Shown here: positions 10,406-20,165 of the stretch, one piece after another
Numbering within the stretch: the stretch's first letter is position 1
How the letters are laid out: each line of letters starts with the position of its first letter
NCBI GenBank assembly: GCA_965262115.1
Contig: OZ253496.1
Coordinates: 224,001 to 288,000 of the forward strand
Direction of reading: 5' to 3'
Length of the DNA stretch: 64,000 bases
DNA from: Nitrospinales bacterium
Lineage (GTDB): Bacteria > Nitrospinota > Nitrospinia > Nitrospinales > VA-1
The notes under the pieces: model-generated
What the model was told of the DNA's origin: nothing
Seen by the model: the letters and a program-made list of their open reading frames with translations, nothing else
The model's database searches: none
Made by a program: the position numbers and the translations under genes

Positions 10406-10596
10406 CCCACATATTGCATGAGTAAACAAGTAAAAAAGCAGGCTTGATCTTTATTATCCCCCTCATCCTAACCTTCTCCCTCCAGGGGAGAAGGGATTTT
10501 TTGCTTCCTCTCCCTTGAGGGAAGAGGATTGAGGTGAGGGTGGTTTAATAATACTTCACCCTGCGCACAGCAATACTCATGCAATATGTGGGCTAG
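10402..10596. mobile_element. MITE-like element, 195 bp, with perfect 23-bp terminal inverted repeats
   Basis: CTAGCCCACATATTGCATGAGTA at 10402-10424 and its exact reverse complement at 10574-10596; internal GC-rich REP-like hairpins; no coding capacity. Confidence 0.88.
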
Positions 10597-10608
10597 AATT
10601 CAGGACCG

Positions 10609-11007
10609 CTAGGATTTCTTTAACCCCCAGACTTTGTGCCAGAATTCCCTGGAATTCATATTTTCGTATTGGCCCGTTCTGTAAGTTTCCCCGCAAATTG
10701 TTTTTTCTTCGATCCTTTCATGGTCAGACCTGACAATGAGGACATCTATGTGTTTGGTGAGGGTAAAGCCATTGAATAGAGTTCCAGAAAGCGTAGGTTC
10801 AAGATAAAGAGGAAACTTCCGGGCATATCTGATTTCCCGGCACGGTTCATTTAGATCAACACACAGAAAATTTCTATCTACCCAGCACTCGATGGTTTGA
10901 TCTTCGTCTTTTCCCGTGGCGAATATTTTATCTCCTGTCCGCACGGCATGGGCCGGGCGGGCGAATCCCTTACACCAGACTTTTCCTGAATCCTGAATCT
11001 TTTTCAC
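10609..11007 (-). CDS. Hypothetical protein
   Basis: 132-aa ORF filling the gap; no recognised motif. Confidence 0.6.
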   Translation of the reverse strand: MKKIQDSGKVWCKGFARPAHAVRTGDKIFATGKDEDQTIECWVDRNFLCVDLNEPCREIRYARKFPLYLEPTLSGTLFNGFTLTKHIDVLIVRSDHERIEEKTICGETYRTGQYENMNSREFWHKVWGLKKS

Positions 11008-11071
11008 AGGCTGAGAGTATTATTGTTAGTAGCAAAAAGCTATTGCTTTTGGGTCCAGCGTCACGCTGGTT

Positions 11072-11100
11072 TTGACTTGCGGCCCAATTTATACCATAAT
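11072..11100 (+). promoter_or_regulatory. Sigma70-type promoter for the bioF operon
   Basis: TTGACT (11072-77), 17-bp spacer, CATAAT (11095-100), about 40 bp before bioF. Confidence 0.65.
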
Positions 11101-11139
11101 TTTGGCAATGATGACCCTTCCAACAAGGCATGAAATTCC

Positions 11140-12276
11140 TTGAGCGAACACTTTTTTAATCGTCTTGAAGATGAATTAAATTCCAGCCGGGATAAACATC
11201 TGTTTCGGGAGGTTCGGCTTTACCCTGAATGCCGGATTAACTTATGTTCTAATGATTATTTCCAACTACGGCATGACCCACGCGTTATAGCAGGTGCTAA
11301 AGAAGCCTGTGAAAAATATGGGACGGGGAGTGGCGCCTCTCCCCTCCTATCGGGTTTTCTTCCCTGCCATCAAAGTTTGCTCGACCAGCTTAAAAAATGG
11401 AAGAAAAAATCTTGTGGACTGCTCTTCAATGCTGGCTTTCTGGCCAATCAGGCAGTTCTCAAACATTTGCCCGGCAAGAATGATCTCGTTCTTGCAGACA
11501 AACTGATCCATCACTCCATGGCCCAAGCTCTCACGCAAGGTTTGGCGCGGTTCAAACGTTACCATCATCTGGATTTAGACCATCTACAGGAATTTCTGGA
11601 TGCCCATTGTAAGGACTATGAAACCATTTTTGTGGCTACGGAAAGTGTTTTTAGCATGGATGGGGATTATCCTGATTTAAAAAAACTGGTCGAATTGAAA
11701 AAACACTATCCTTTTATACTGATTTTAGACGAAGCTCACGGAACCGGTGTGTTTGGTGAAACAGGTGCAGGCCTTGCGGAAGAAATGCAGGTGCAGGATC
11801 AGGTGGATATTATTATTGGCACGTTGGGGAAATCATTGGCCAGTATGGGGGCGTATGTTCTTTCAAATTCATTAACCGTCATTGATTTTCTTGTTAATCG
11901 AGCGGGGGAGTTTATTTATTCTACATTTTTGTCTCCACCCCAAGTGGGTTCTGCTGAAATCGCGCTGAAAATTTTACAATCCGCAGAAGCTGACCGCAAA
12001 CACCTTCATGAGATGTCCACAAATTTCAGGAAAATCATGAAATTGAAGGAACAGGAAGAAACGCCCTCACCCATTGTCCCGGTAGCGATTGGCGATCCTG
12101 TCAAGACATTGGAACTGAGGAACACTCTTCTGCAACAGGGTATTATGGTGGGGGCAATCCGACCACCGACCGTTCCACCTCAAACTTCGCGACTGAGGAT
12201 ATCCCTGCACACAGGGGTCACCCGGCAAACCCTGGAGGAATTAGGGGGAATACTGGATCCATGGATAGCACCATAA
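11140..12276 (+). CDS. bioF: 8-amino-7-oxononanoate synthase
   Basis: CSNDY, GTGSGAS, ESVFSMDGD, LDEAHGTG, GTLGK, AIRPPTVP...RLRIS. Confidence 0.93.
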   Translation: MSEHFFNRLEDELNSSRDKHLFREVRLYPECRINLCSNDYFQLRHDPRVIAGAKEACEKYGTGSGASPLLSGFLPCHQSLLDQLKKWKKKSCGLLFNAGFLANQAVLKHLPGKNDLVLADKLIHHSMAQALTQGLARFKRYHHLDLDHLQEFLDAHCKDYETIFVATESVFSMDGDYPDLKKLVELKKHYPFILILDEAHGTGVFGETGAGLAEEMQVQDQVDIIIGTLGKSLASMGAYVLSNSLTVIDFLVNRAGEFIYSTFLSPPQVGSAEIALKILQSAEADRKHLHEMSTNFRKIMKLKEQEETPSPIVPVAIGDPVKTLELRNTLLQQGIMVGAIRPPTVPPQTSRLRISLHTGVTRQTLEELGGILDPWIAP

Positions 12277-12914
12277 CAGCTGTTTCCGGATGGGCACTCC
12301 CACCAAAGTGGTTTGCTGAAGAAGTCGCTGGTGCTTTTCCTGGCTCGCGAATCCAAATAATTTATCCTGAGACCCCGGAAAGTCCTGAAGAAGCGGAAAT
12401 TTTATTATGCCGATATCCTGCCGATCTCTATATAGGTTATTCTCTTGGAAGCCTGTGGTTGCTGAAATATAAGCATTTATTGCCTGATACCTGTATAAAG
12501 GCTCTGCTGGCCCCTATTTTATCATTTCTGGGAAAAGATGGATTGGGTGGCACCACAACGGAAACACAATTGAAATACCTGTCCAGAAGTTTGAAGCAAG
12601 GGTCGGATCAATCTATCGCTATAAAGAATTTTTTTTTATATTGTGATCTGCCATTTCCGGAAAAAATGATTGAAGAGATACCCGGCAGAGAGATATTGCT
12701 GAGGGGGTTGAATTTCCTGCTGACATACCAGGCAAAAGGAGAAGACGCCAAAAATTTTTTGTCCATCGTGGGAGAAAATGATATTTTCATTGATGGAGAC
12801 GTGCTAAAGAAGCATATTCCTGATGTGGATATTATTCAAGGCGTTGGACATGCTCCAGGGAACTTGCTAAGGCATCTGGCAAACCGATTAAATTGGAAAA
12901 CTCATAATTCATGA
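12261..12914 (+). CDS. Alpha/beta hydrolase, probable pimeloyl-ACP methyl ester esterase (BioH/BioG-like)
   Basis: SGWA oxyanion segment, GYSLG nucleophile elbow, GEND, GHAP; located between bioF and bioC. Confidence 0.7.
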   Translation: MDSTITAVSGWALPPKWFAEEVAGAFPGSRIQIIYPETPESPEEAEILLCRYPADLYIGYSLGSLWLLKYKHLLPDTCIKALLAPILSFLGKDGLGGTTTETQLKYLSRSLKQGSDQSIAIKNFFLYCDLPFPEKMIEEIPGREILLRGLNFLLTYQAKGEDAKNFLSIVGENDIFIDGDVLKKHIPDVDIIQGVGHAPGNLLRHLANRLNWKTHNS

Positions 12915-13414
12915 AAATATTTGGCATAAATTTTAATCATTCGCCCAGCCAAAAAAAAACCAATCACTGTCGCGATTTGTGATTTTAAGAAAAGCCAAGG
13001 GTTGTCTGTATCAAAGGTAGAGTCTTTATACAGTTTAAAGGAGTTTGATGCCTTTTTAAAACAAAAGGGCCTCTGGGGTTTGCCGGGGTGAACTTTCCTC
13101 TGGGCCAGCCAAATCTTTTTTTAAAAAAAATGCACCTGCCTGACAAATGGAACGGTTATATAAAAGGTATCAATCGTTGGAAGCTGGAGGGGTTTGAAAA
13201 AAAGGTAAAACAGTTTAAGACCAAATGGCCTTCCGGAACCAAAGAACCTTTGCGCCTGACTGATACCATGGCTGGGGCAGAAAGCCCGTTAAAACTAAAT
13301 CAAAAGCAATTGGCCATGCAGTTTTATGAAGGTGAAGGGTCAACTTTCACCATAGAAATGTCCGTGAAGGTTGCACCCAAAGCCACCCTTCGACGGCGGG
13401 CCAGCGACCGATAA
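12911..13414 (+). pseudogene. DUF429-like nuclease remnant with two frameshifts, fused to a histidine-kinase-like tail
   Basis: MKIFGINF..SPSQKK/PITVA...FDAFL..KGLW/FAGVNFPLGQP; frameshifts at A9 (12951-59) and about 13076; ends in EGEGSTFTIEM (HATPase G2-like). Confidence 0.6.
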
Positions 13415-13488
13415 TATCCTGTTTCTTTCCATTTTGATTCTACCGTATTCCGCATCAGAGTCGAGTCTCAAAAATCAGGAAGTGCTCT

Positions 13489-14250
13489 TTGAATACCCAG
13501 CATTTATTGAATGAAGAAAATTTGATAGATAGTTTTTCCAAGCATGCAAAAACATACGACCGTTATGCGCAACTCCAGAAATCGATGGCGGAAAGGCTCG
13601 CCTCACTTCTTCCCGTCCCATTGCCCGACAATGTTCTTGAGATCGGATGTGGAACAGGACTATTTACGAGACATCTGTTAACACAATCCGTAAAGCAACT
13701 TATTCTCAATGATATTGCGCCAGGAATGCTGGAAATCTTGAGCAACTCTATCACGTTGCCCTCAAGCACAAAAATATTCTCTGGAAATGCAGAGCGGATT
13801 CATTTTGAAAAGGTAGACTTGATTTGCGCGAATGCGGTATTTCAATGGTTTCGAAACCCAAAGGAAACCTTGAAAAAATTAAATCAGGCTTTATCGAGTA
13901 ATGGAAATTTGATCTTTAGTATATTTGGTCCCGAAACACTTGTAGAGTTTAGGCAGGCCGCAAATTTATTGAGTCCTATTAAACTTTACAAAAAAGAAGT
14001 CTGGGCGAGAATGATTCGTGATTCGGGTTTTTCTATCAATTTATGTGATGTGGAAATTCGGAAAACATTTTTCCCCAGTACCATGACACTTTTAAAAAAT
14101 CTGCAACAAATTGGTGCAGCGCCAGTCCAAATGGTAAAAACTGGAGAGCTTAGAAAATTGATGCGTGACTATGATGCCAGATTTTCAACAACACAAGGTG
14201 TTTATGCAACCTGGGAATTGTATTATTTTTCTTTGACCCGGAAAAATTGA
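13489..14250 (+). CDS. bioC: Malonyl-ACP O-methyltransferase
   Basis: FSKHAKTYDRYAQLQ, VLEIGCGTG, ANAVFQW, FGPETL, LQQIGA; bio operon context. Confidence 0.88.
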   Translation: MNTQHLLNEENLIDSFSKHAKTYDRYAQLQKSMAERLASLLPVPLPDNVLEIGCGTGLFTRHLLTQSVKQLILNDIAPGMLEILSNSITLPSSTKIFSGNAERIHFEKVDLICANAVFQWFRNPKETLKKLNQALSSNGNLIFSIFGPETLVEFRQAANLLSPIKLYKKEVWARMIRDSGFSINLCDVEIRKTFFPSTMTLLKNLQQIGAAPVQMVKTGELRKLMRDYDARFSTTQGVYATWELYYFSLTRKN

Positions 14251-14310
14251 CCGGAATTGCCCCTGTTCTCCCAATAGTAAAGACCCATTCCTTTAAATGA
14301 AATGTGTGAA

Positions 14311-14760
14311 ATGAGTAATTCCTTTCTAAATAGAAATCTTGCATCGTTAAAGAAAAAGGATTCTGCCTTATTTGAAAAAATCACCTCTGTCAAGAGTTCA
14401 AATTTTTAGGCAGTGACAAAATCCAAATCCGGCTCCCCTGCCCTCATTCATATTGATAGTGAGGGCCGTAAAAAGCAAATCGATAGTAATTATGATCCCG
14501 TGGGTGAAGCAGCCCGTTACTTGGGAAAATTTAAAATTTGTGAATCGATTAATTTTATTGCTATCGGGTTGGGTTTGGGCTATCAGGTTTCTGAGATCAT
14601 TCAGCAAACTTCGAAGCAGGCAAAAATTTATATATTTGAAAAAGATAAGGATTATTGTCTGTTGGATGAAGAGTTTGCACGGGATCTGAAATTTTTGGAT
14701 GTTTTGTCAGATTCTGTGGAGTATTTGCGTGTTAATTTTGAAAAGTCTCTGTCCCCCTAA
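14311..14760 (+). pseudogene. Remnant of a motility-associated factor (Maf/DUF115-like) gene
   Basis: MSNSFLNRNLASL..., in-frame TAG at 14407-09, then SNYDPVGEA, IGLGLGY, IYIFEKD; far shorter than the family norm. Confidence 0.55.
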
Positions 14761-14766
14761 ATGCAA

Positions 14767-15750
14767 TCAAAATTTTACCGCTTCAATCACACTGCTTCCC
14801 TGCCCCAATTCACAATATTTGAACTTTCCGAAGCCATTCTTCTTCAAGAGTCTCTCGGTTTCCTTAACGGTATAAGTTTTTCCTGTAGCCGTGAATAGCA
14901 ACATGGTTAAAGAGAAAAGAGCGGCATCAAAGGGTTCTGTGCGATTATTCTTCAAAAACAAATCAACCAGAACGAACCGACCACCCTGCTTGAGAGATTG
15001 GTGGATTTTTTTAAACATTTTTGAGTTTTCTGATTCATTATAAATGTGGAGAATGTTTGAATACAAAATGGTATCCACATCCTCTCCAAACCCCACCTTA
15101 AACAGGTCCCCGGCTACGAAATCGAACCTTTTTATGACCGCTGAATTTTTTAAAATTGTTTTTGCGACTTTAAGGCTGGCTTGCCGGTCTATCAATACAG
15201 CTCGTGCGGATTTATCGTTTTTTAGAATTTCAGCCGAATAGGAACCCGGTCCCCCGCCAATATCAACCAGTCTGCCAACAGGTTTGCGCGTTACAAATTG
15301 TGCAAGTGGTTTAGAAAATTTCTTGCTCCTTTCATGCATTGCATGGGTGAAAGGTTCGCGGAAATTTGGGTCGTCATTCTCAAGTTCTGGTAAGTTCCTG
15401 CCATTTTTAATAACATTAATCAAATCGGACCACTCGTCCCGGTTCGCCTTACGTAAAAATACCGTTCCCCTCTTGTAGTGAGGACTTTGTTCACAGAAAT
15501 GCTTGAAGCTCTCGGGGGTATTGGCGAAAGCTTTGCCCGTTTTCTTTATAGCGCCCATAGAAGCCAGTGCATTCAGCAAAGCCTCGGCCCCTCCAGAATG
15601 AAGGTGGGCTTTTTTTGCCAGAGCCTGGTACGTTAAAGCCTTCTTCCCCAAGTGAGTGAATATCCTGAATTCCAACGCGGCAATAAGAATATTGGCTTCT
15701 TCTAATTGGTCAATTTTATCAACAAACTGGTTAAAACTTAAAAAGGCCAT
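14767..15750 (-). CDS. SAM-dependent O-methyltransferase (dimerisation + Methyltransf_2 domains)
   Basis: LLNALASMG HTH, LVDIGGGPG, AGDLF, SNILH. Confidence 0.85.
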   Translation of the reverse strand: MAFLSFNQFVDKIDQLEEANILIAALEFRIFTHLGKKALTYQALAKKAHLHSGGAEALLNALASMGAIKKTGKAFANTPESFKHFCEQSPHYKRGTVFLRKANRDEWSDLINVIKNGRNLPELENDDPNFREPFTHAMHERSKKFSKPLAQFVTRKPVGRLVDIGGGPGSYSAEILKNDKSARAVLIDRQASLKVAKTILKNSAVIKRFDFVAGDLFKVGFGEDVDTILYSNILHIYNESENSKMFKKIHQSLKQGGRFVLVDLFLKNNRTEPFDAALFSLTMLLFTATGKTYTVKETERLLKKNGFGKFKYCELGQGSSVIEAVKF

Positions 15751-15820
15751 AGTGTTCCAAGCGTCTCAACTTTCTTATTCCTCACCTTAATAAATAAGTA
15801 TACAGAAAAAACTGATCTGC

Positions 15821-16504
15821 TTAATAAGACAAAAGCTTTTCCACTTCCTGCTCCAGACCATAGCCGGAACCAAACCACTTTCCTCGCAAAATCCCATTTC
15901 GATCAATCAGCAGAGTTGAGGGGGTTCCTTTGAGTTGATAAGCCTCAAACGTTTTTGCTTCATATTCTTTCTTTTTCAAATAAGACATCACCTGATTCAA
16001 AATGAGCTTCTGGTTTTTTTCCGGAAATGAATCAAATTGAGGAAAATCTTTTTTAATGAAATTGTGTGTGTCCAGTAAATAATCAGTTGAATGATACGGA
16101 ACCACCCTGTCCCAAGCCACCGGAAAAGGTATAGAATACTCCAGGTGATTATTATTAAGCAGACCTCTGGAATTTAAAACCTCATGAGTTTCTCCCACCA
16201 CTTCTCCAGAAACAATCAGTTTTTTTAAATTATCAAAATTATTGAGATGAAAATCTTCGAATGCAGTGGCCAATCCCCAGGTCAATAAGGGGGAGTTTCT
16301 AAATTTTTCCCGGACTTCAAGAACTTCAGGGAATCCATGAGTGAAGCAACCAGGGCAGTTAACCTGAAATACTTTTATAAGAATAGGTTTTCCAAGCTCA
16401 TTACTGATATTATTTGCGGGGCCTCCCATCCATTCCTCAACATCTAAATCAAGGGCGGGAGAATTAACCTGCGGCATATGAGGGTTCATCGTTAACAATG
16501 TCAA
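15821..16504 (-). CDS. Thioredoxin-fold redoxin (TlpA/peroxiredoxin-like)
   Basis: FQVNCPGC, GTPSTLLIDRNG; true start may be a few codons downstream. Confidence 0.78.
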   Translation of the reverse strand: MTLLTMNPHMPQVNSPALDLDVEEWMGGPANNISNELGKPILIKVFQVNCPGCFTHGFPEVLEVREKFRNSPLLTWGLATAFEDFHLNNFDNLKKLIVSGEVVGETHEVLNSRGLLNNNHLEYSIPFPVAWDRVVPYHSTDYLLDTHNFIKKDFPQFDSFPEKNQKLILNQVMSYLKKKEYEAKTFEAYQLKGTPSTLLIDRNGILRGKWFGSGYGLEQEVEKLLSY

Positions 16505-17295
16505 TCAGACGATGGATTATATTTTGCATTTTTTATGGCGGGTTTTTACCAAGGGCTTCTTCAAGTAAAAAAATAGCGCGGCTTTTTTCTCCCTGGAGAT
16601 TATGAATGACCCCCAACATGAAATAAGAAATAAACCTTTTATCACCCTGGGCATAATTATACAGTATTTTCTGGAAATGTTTCGTAGCCCTGGGATAATT
16701 TTTTAAGCGGTAATAGGCAGATCCCAAGCCAAATTGGATATTGTCCTGCAAAAACTTGGGGGGGGGGGTTCTGTTTGTTAAGCTTCAAAAATATTTTGAG
16801 ACTTTTTTTGAATTGACCATCCCGAAAGCTCTTCATCGCTGAGTTGTAGCCAGAGATTGAAAAAATAATAGGTGCTTTCACTTTTGTTAATTTTTTAAAT
16901 CTTGTTTCCGCATCCATAAATCCGGATTTTGACATTTCGAGATCTTTCTGCATTCGTTTTCTCCGCTCCTGTTCACTTTCGATACGCTGGCCAAATTTTG
17001 AATTCATCGCGCTGATTTGAGGATCAAGCTGATTCGTGGATTCAAACAGGGCAAGTTCTCGATTTGAAAAGGTGGCATGGTTCACGAAAAGAATGCTGAT
17101 TTCTTCGGTCAAGGCGTCCATCTGTAATTGTTGGGCCCTCCTTGCAGATAAAGCGCTTTTGTCAGGGGGGTACCAGGAATGCCTCTCCTCCGGATTTATG
17201 GGCCAATGGGTCTTTTCTATCGGCAGATAGCCACCGCAGGCACCCAAGAGGAAGGCCAATAATATTATGAGATAATTTTTCACTGCACTTTTCAT
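16464..17295 (-). pseudogene. Lipoprotein with coiled coil and TPR (CpoB/YbgF-like), interrupted by a G11 tract and a premature TAA
   Basis: Lipobox LLGAC; ORFs 16657-17295 and 16533-16751 join across G11 at 16758-68; the frame continues past TAA (16533) to TAA at 16464. Confidence 0.65.
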
Positions 17296-17373
17296 CTACT
17301 GGCGTATATAATATTTATAAGTCATCCAACAATAGATTATCTAATTACTCCTTATTTATCAATCTATTAGCAT

Positions 17374-18279
17374 ATGAAAAACTACTATTCCGTTTTAGGC
17401 GTTCCCCAAGGCGCTTCTGACGAAGAAATTAAAAAAGCTTATCGTAAATTAGCCAGGCAATACCATCCCGACCGAAACGCAGAAGATAGTAGCGCGGAAG
17501 AGAAATTTAAGGAGGTCAGCGAGGCTTATGCGGTTTTAAGTAACAAAAAGAAGCGAAGCCAGTATGACCAGTTTGGCTCTGAGGGCTTTCACCAGAAGTT
17601 TTCTCAAGAGGATATTTTTCGAGACTTTGATATTAATGAAATCCTTAAAGGCTTCGGATTTGGGAGTGGTGGAGGAAACCCCTTTCAGGGGCAAGGAGGG
17701 GGTTTCGGCGGAGGTGGATTTGGCAATCCATTTTCTCGAGGGCGGCCCCCACAGCGCGAACCCCGGATTCCTCCGCTGAAGAAGGAATTCTCGGTCACTT
17801 TTGAGGAAGCGGCATTGGGTTGCCAGCGTACCATTTCCATTGCCAGAAATGGGGTCCATGAAGAAACCAATGTGAAAATTCCGTCTGGAATTGCACATGG
17901 AAAAGTTCTGCGTTTACAGGGTAAGGGGCATACCTCTCCCGCTGGAAACCGGCGTGGTGATTTGCATCTCCTCATCAATGTTCTTTCACATCCTCTTTTT
18001 CGGAGGGAAGGCCGGGATGTGGTGGTGGAAGCTGAAATAAAATTAACCCAGGCACTTTTGGGGGCTACGATCGAGGTTGAAACTTTGGATGGAATCAAGT
18101 CGGTCAAGATTCCTACTGGGACCCAAAATAATACCAGGCTGAGATTGAAAGAGGTCGGAATCCAGTTCCCATCCAGAGTTCGGGGTGATCAGTTGGTGCG
18201 AATTGTCATTAAGATTCCCAAAGAACTGACCCAGGAGCAAATTCCACATATCCAGTTTTTGCAGGACACAGGAATTTGA
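17374..18279 (+). CDS. DnaJ-class co-chaperone without zinc finger (CbpA-like)
   Basis: J domain with HPD motif, G/F-rich linker, DnaJ_C domain; no CxxCxGxG repeats. Confidence 0.92.
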   Translation: MKNYYSVLGVPQGASDEEIKKAYRKLARQYHPDRNAEDSSAEEKFKEVSEAYAVLSNKKKRSQYDQFGSEGFHQKFSQEDIFRDFDINEILKGFGFGSGGGNPFQGQGGGFGGGGFGNPFSRGRPPQREPRIPPLKKEFSVTFEEAALGCQRTISIARNGVHEETNVKIPSGIAHGKVLRLQGKGHTSPAGNRRGDLHLLINVLSHPLFRREGRDVVVEAEIKLTQALLGATIEVETLDGIKSVKIPTGTQNNTRLRLKEVGIQFPSRVRGDQLVRIVIKIPKELTQEQIPHIQFLQDTGI

Positions 18280-18369
18280 CAGGGTGAAAAATCATTTTTC
18301 CTTCAGATGGGCGAATCCTATAGAGGTTTCCTGGCATCTTTTAAAATATCGCTTTTAATGGAGTCGTTT

Positions 18370-18666
18370 GTGGCGCGCGTTAACTTTAAAACAGACAATA
18401 TAACCCATGAAGTAGAGGATGGGACTCCCCTTATAGATTTTTGTGATGAGGTTGAGGTTTCATTATCCTTCGGTTGTACAGAAGGAACCTGCGGGGTTTG
18501 CGAAGTTACGGTGGTGGAAGGAATGGAGAACGTGTCTCGCGTAACGGAAGAGGAAAAAGATTATTTGTTGCCGGAGGACCTGGAAGAAGGAATGCGTTTG
18601 GGTTGCCAGGTTAAAATTCGTAAAGGAGACGTGACGTTAAGCTGGAAAAAAGTAAAAGCAAAATAA
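18370..18666 (+). CDS. 2Fe-2S ferredoxin
   Basis: GCTEGTCGVC...RLGCQ; GGAG RBS before GTG at 18370. Confidence 0.9.
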   Translation: MARVNFKTDNITHEVEDGTPLIDFCDEVEVSLSFGCTEGTCGVCEVTVVEGMENVSRVTEEEKDYLLPEDLEEGMRLGCQVKIRKGDVTLSWKKVKAK

Positions 18667-19858
18667 CAGGAGGCCTGCAAACCACTGTCTTTAATTTCAC
18701 TCCCAACTCTTTTTACCATCCATTCCTTGATCACCTCATCCAATTTTTTAAGATTCACATCAATTGACCCTGAACAGATTTTACCGGCCATTTCCCCATA
18801 ATTTAAGGCCTCGATGGTGTCTCCTGACTCCTGGCACGTTTTGGACATGTTCCAGACGGCCTTTGCTTCCATATATTGGTCGGCACTCTTTTTCCCAAGT
18901 GAACGTGAATGGCGAAAACAGATCAAGGATTTCTCAAAGCGGCTTATTTCCAAATAGGCGTTCCCAAAATTTTCCAATAAAGAGTACTCAAGAGAAAGGA
19001 CAGCAAACTTTCTAATTTTTGGAAGACCGCGCTCGTACTTTTCAATTGCCTTGTCGTATTCCTTTAAGCTTCGATGATAATCCCCTTTATCTTTATCTTT
19101 ATCTTCCTCTAGTTCAAAATCGCCTTCGGGTTTCAGCAGTGCTTTTTCTTCGCGGAGCCCCCGGGTCATCATTTCCGGGGGCAGATCGGGGTTCTCTTTT
19201 AAATATGAGCCCACAAGAGAAATTGCCAGCGGGGAATATCCGCAAAAATTATTGATCTCAGGCGCTGAATGTTTTGAATTTGGAGCCAGGAAAAAAAGAA
19301 GAAGCTCTGCTTCATCCGGAAAAAAGCTTTAAAGGGCTTGGCATACGATCCTGGGCTCGAAATTTTACTGGCAGAGGTAAAGATAATCAAGCTTGATTTT
19401 CCAGGCAACAGACGTTTGATCTGGCTTGGTTTGGAGACATTTTCAAGTAGCATTAAAAATCTCTTACCTTTTAATGCGGAGGCATAGCGCTGTGTCAGTT
19501 CAGCAGGGTCATGCGGGATAGTTTCTTTCGGAAATAATGCACGCAGTACATGCCCCATTGCCTTGTTGACAGGCAAAGCTTTATCGCCCACTCCCTTCAT
19601 ATCGATATAAAACTGAGCATCCGGATATTTCGGGGCCAACTGGTGGGCAAGCTCAACAGCCAGGGCAGTCTTTCCGGTACCCTTTTCTCCATACAGGCAA
19701 ATCGGGCCACCCCCGTCCCAATTTATTCCCATTACTTCCAGGACAATGTCCTTTCTGCCAAAAAATGCAGAAACTTTCTTGGGAAGCTGGTTTCGAGACA
19801 ATGCTGGAAAACTGCGGACAATGCCAAGATATATCATCAACATTTTGCCATTTTTCAT
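18561..19858 (-). pseudogene. STAND/NB-ARC-like NTPase with C-terminal TPRs, frameshifted
   Basis: GEKGTGKT, LMLLENV; after a +1 correction at A6 (19320-25) the frame reads FCGYSPLAI (GxP motif) into the TPR ORF 18561-19214. Confidence 0.7.
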
Positions 19859-19997
19859 ATTTTACATGAAATTTCAATAATTTGTACCCATTTTTGGCCC
19901 CTCCCCCCATTTGCGGGGGATGTGGAAGAGTGTAAATCAAAAATCTTGCTCATTGTATTTGGTTGAAAAACCGTTAATAACCCTAAAGAAAACTAGC

Positions 19998-20026
19998 TTG
20001 ACTTACAGCTTGGAATTCATTATAGT
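19998..20026 (+). promoter_or_regulatory. Sigma70 promoter of the pyr operon
   Basis: TTGACT, 17-bp spacer, TATAGT. Confidence 0.75.
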
Positions 20027-20040
20027 TTGCTTATTACACT

Positions 20041-20070
20041 CTTTAAGATAGTCCTGTGAGGCTATCAAGG
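20041..20070 (+). promoter_or_regulatory. PyrR-binding RNA stem-loop
   Basis: CTTTAA-GATAGTCCTGTGAGGCTATC-AAGG matches the ARUCCNGNGAGGYU PyrR loop; upstream of pyrR. Confidence 0.88.
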
Positions 20071-20106
20071 GGAAAAGCGATGTTTGTATTAAAAAATATG
20101 TTATTT

Positions 20107-20150
20107 ACCTCCCGCTTCGGCTTTATTTAGCCTTTGGGAGGTTTTTTTTT
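20107..20150 (+). terminator. Attenuator terminator in the pyrR leader
   Basis: ACCTCCC...GGGAGGT stem followed by a T-run to 20150. Confidence 0.8.
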
Positions 20151-20165
20151 GCCTGTTTTCCACTT

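Noticed and set aside
17660..17725. Gly-rich low-complexity repeat
   Set aside because: Normal G/F linker of a DnaJ-family protein.
19897..19920. TCCCCC-CATTTGC-GGGGGA hairpin as a regulatory element
   Set aside because: A single short hairpin with no T-tract; it may be a REP fragment but there is no further support.
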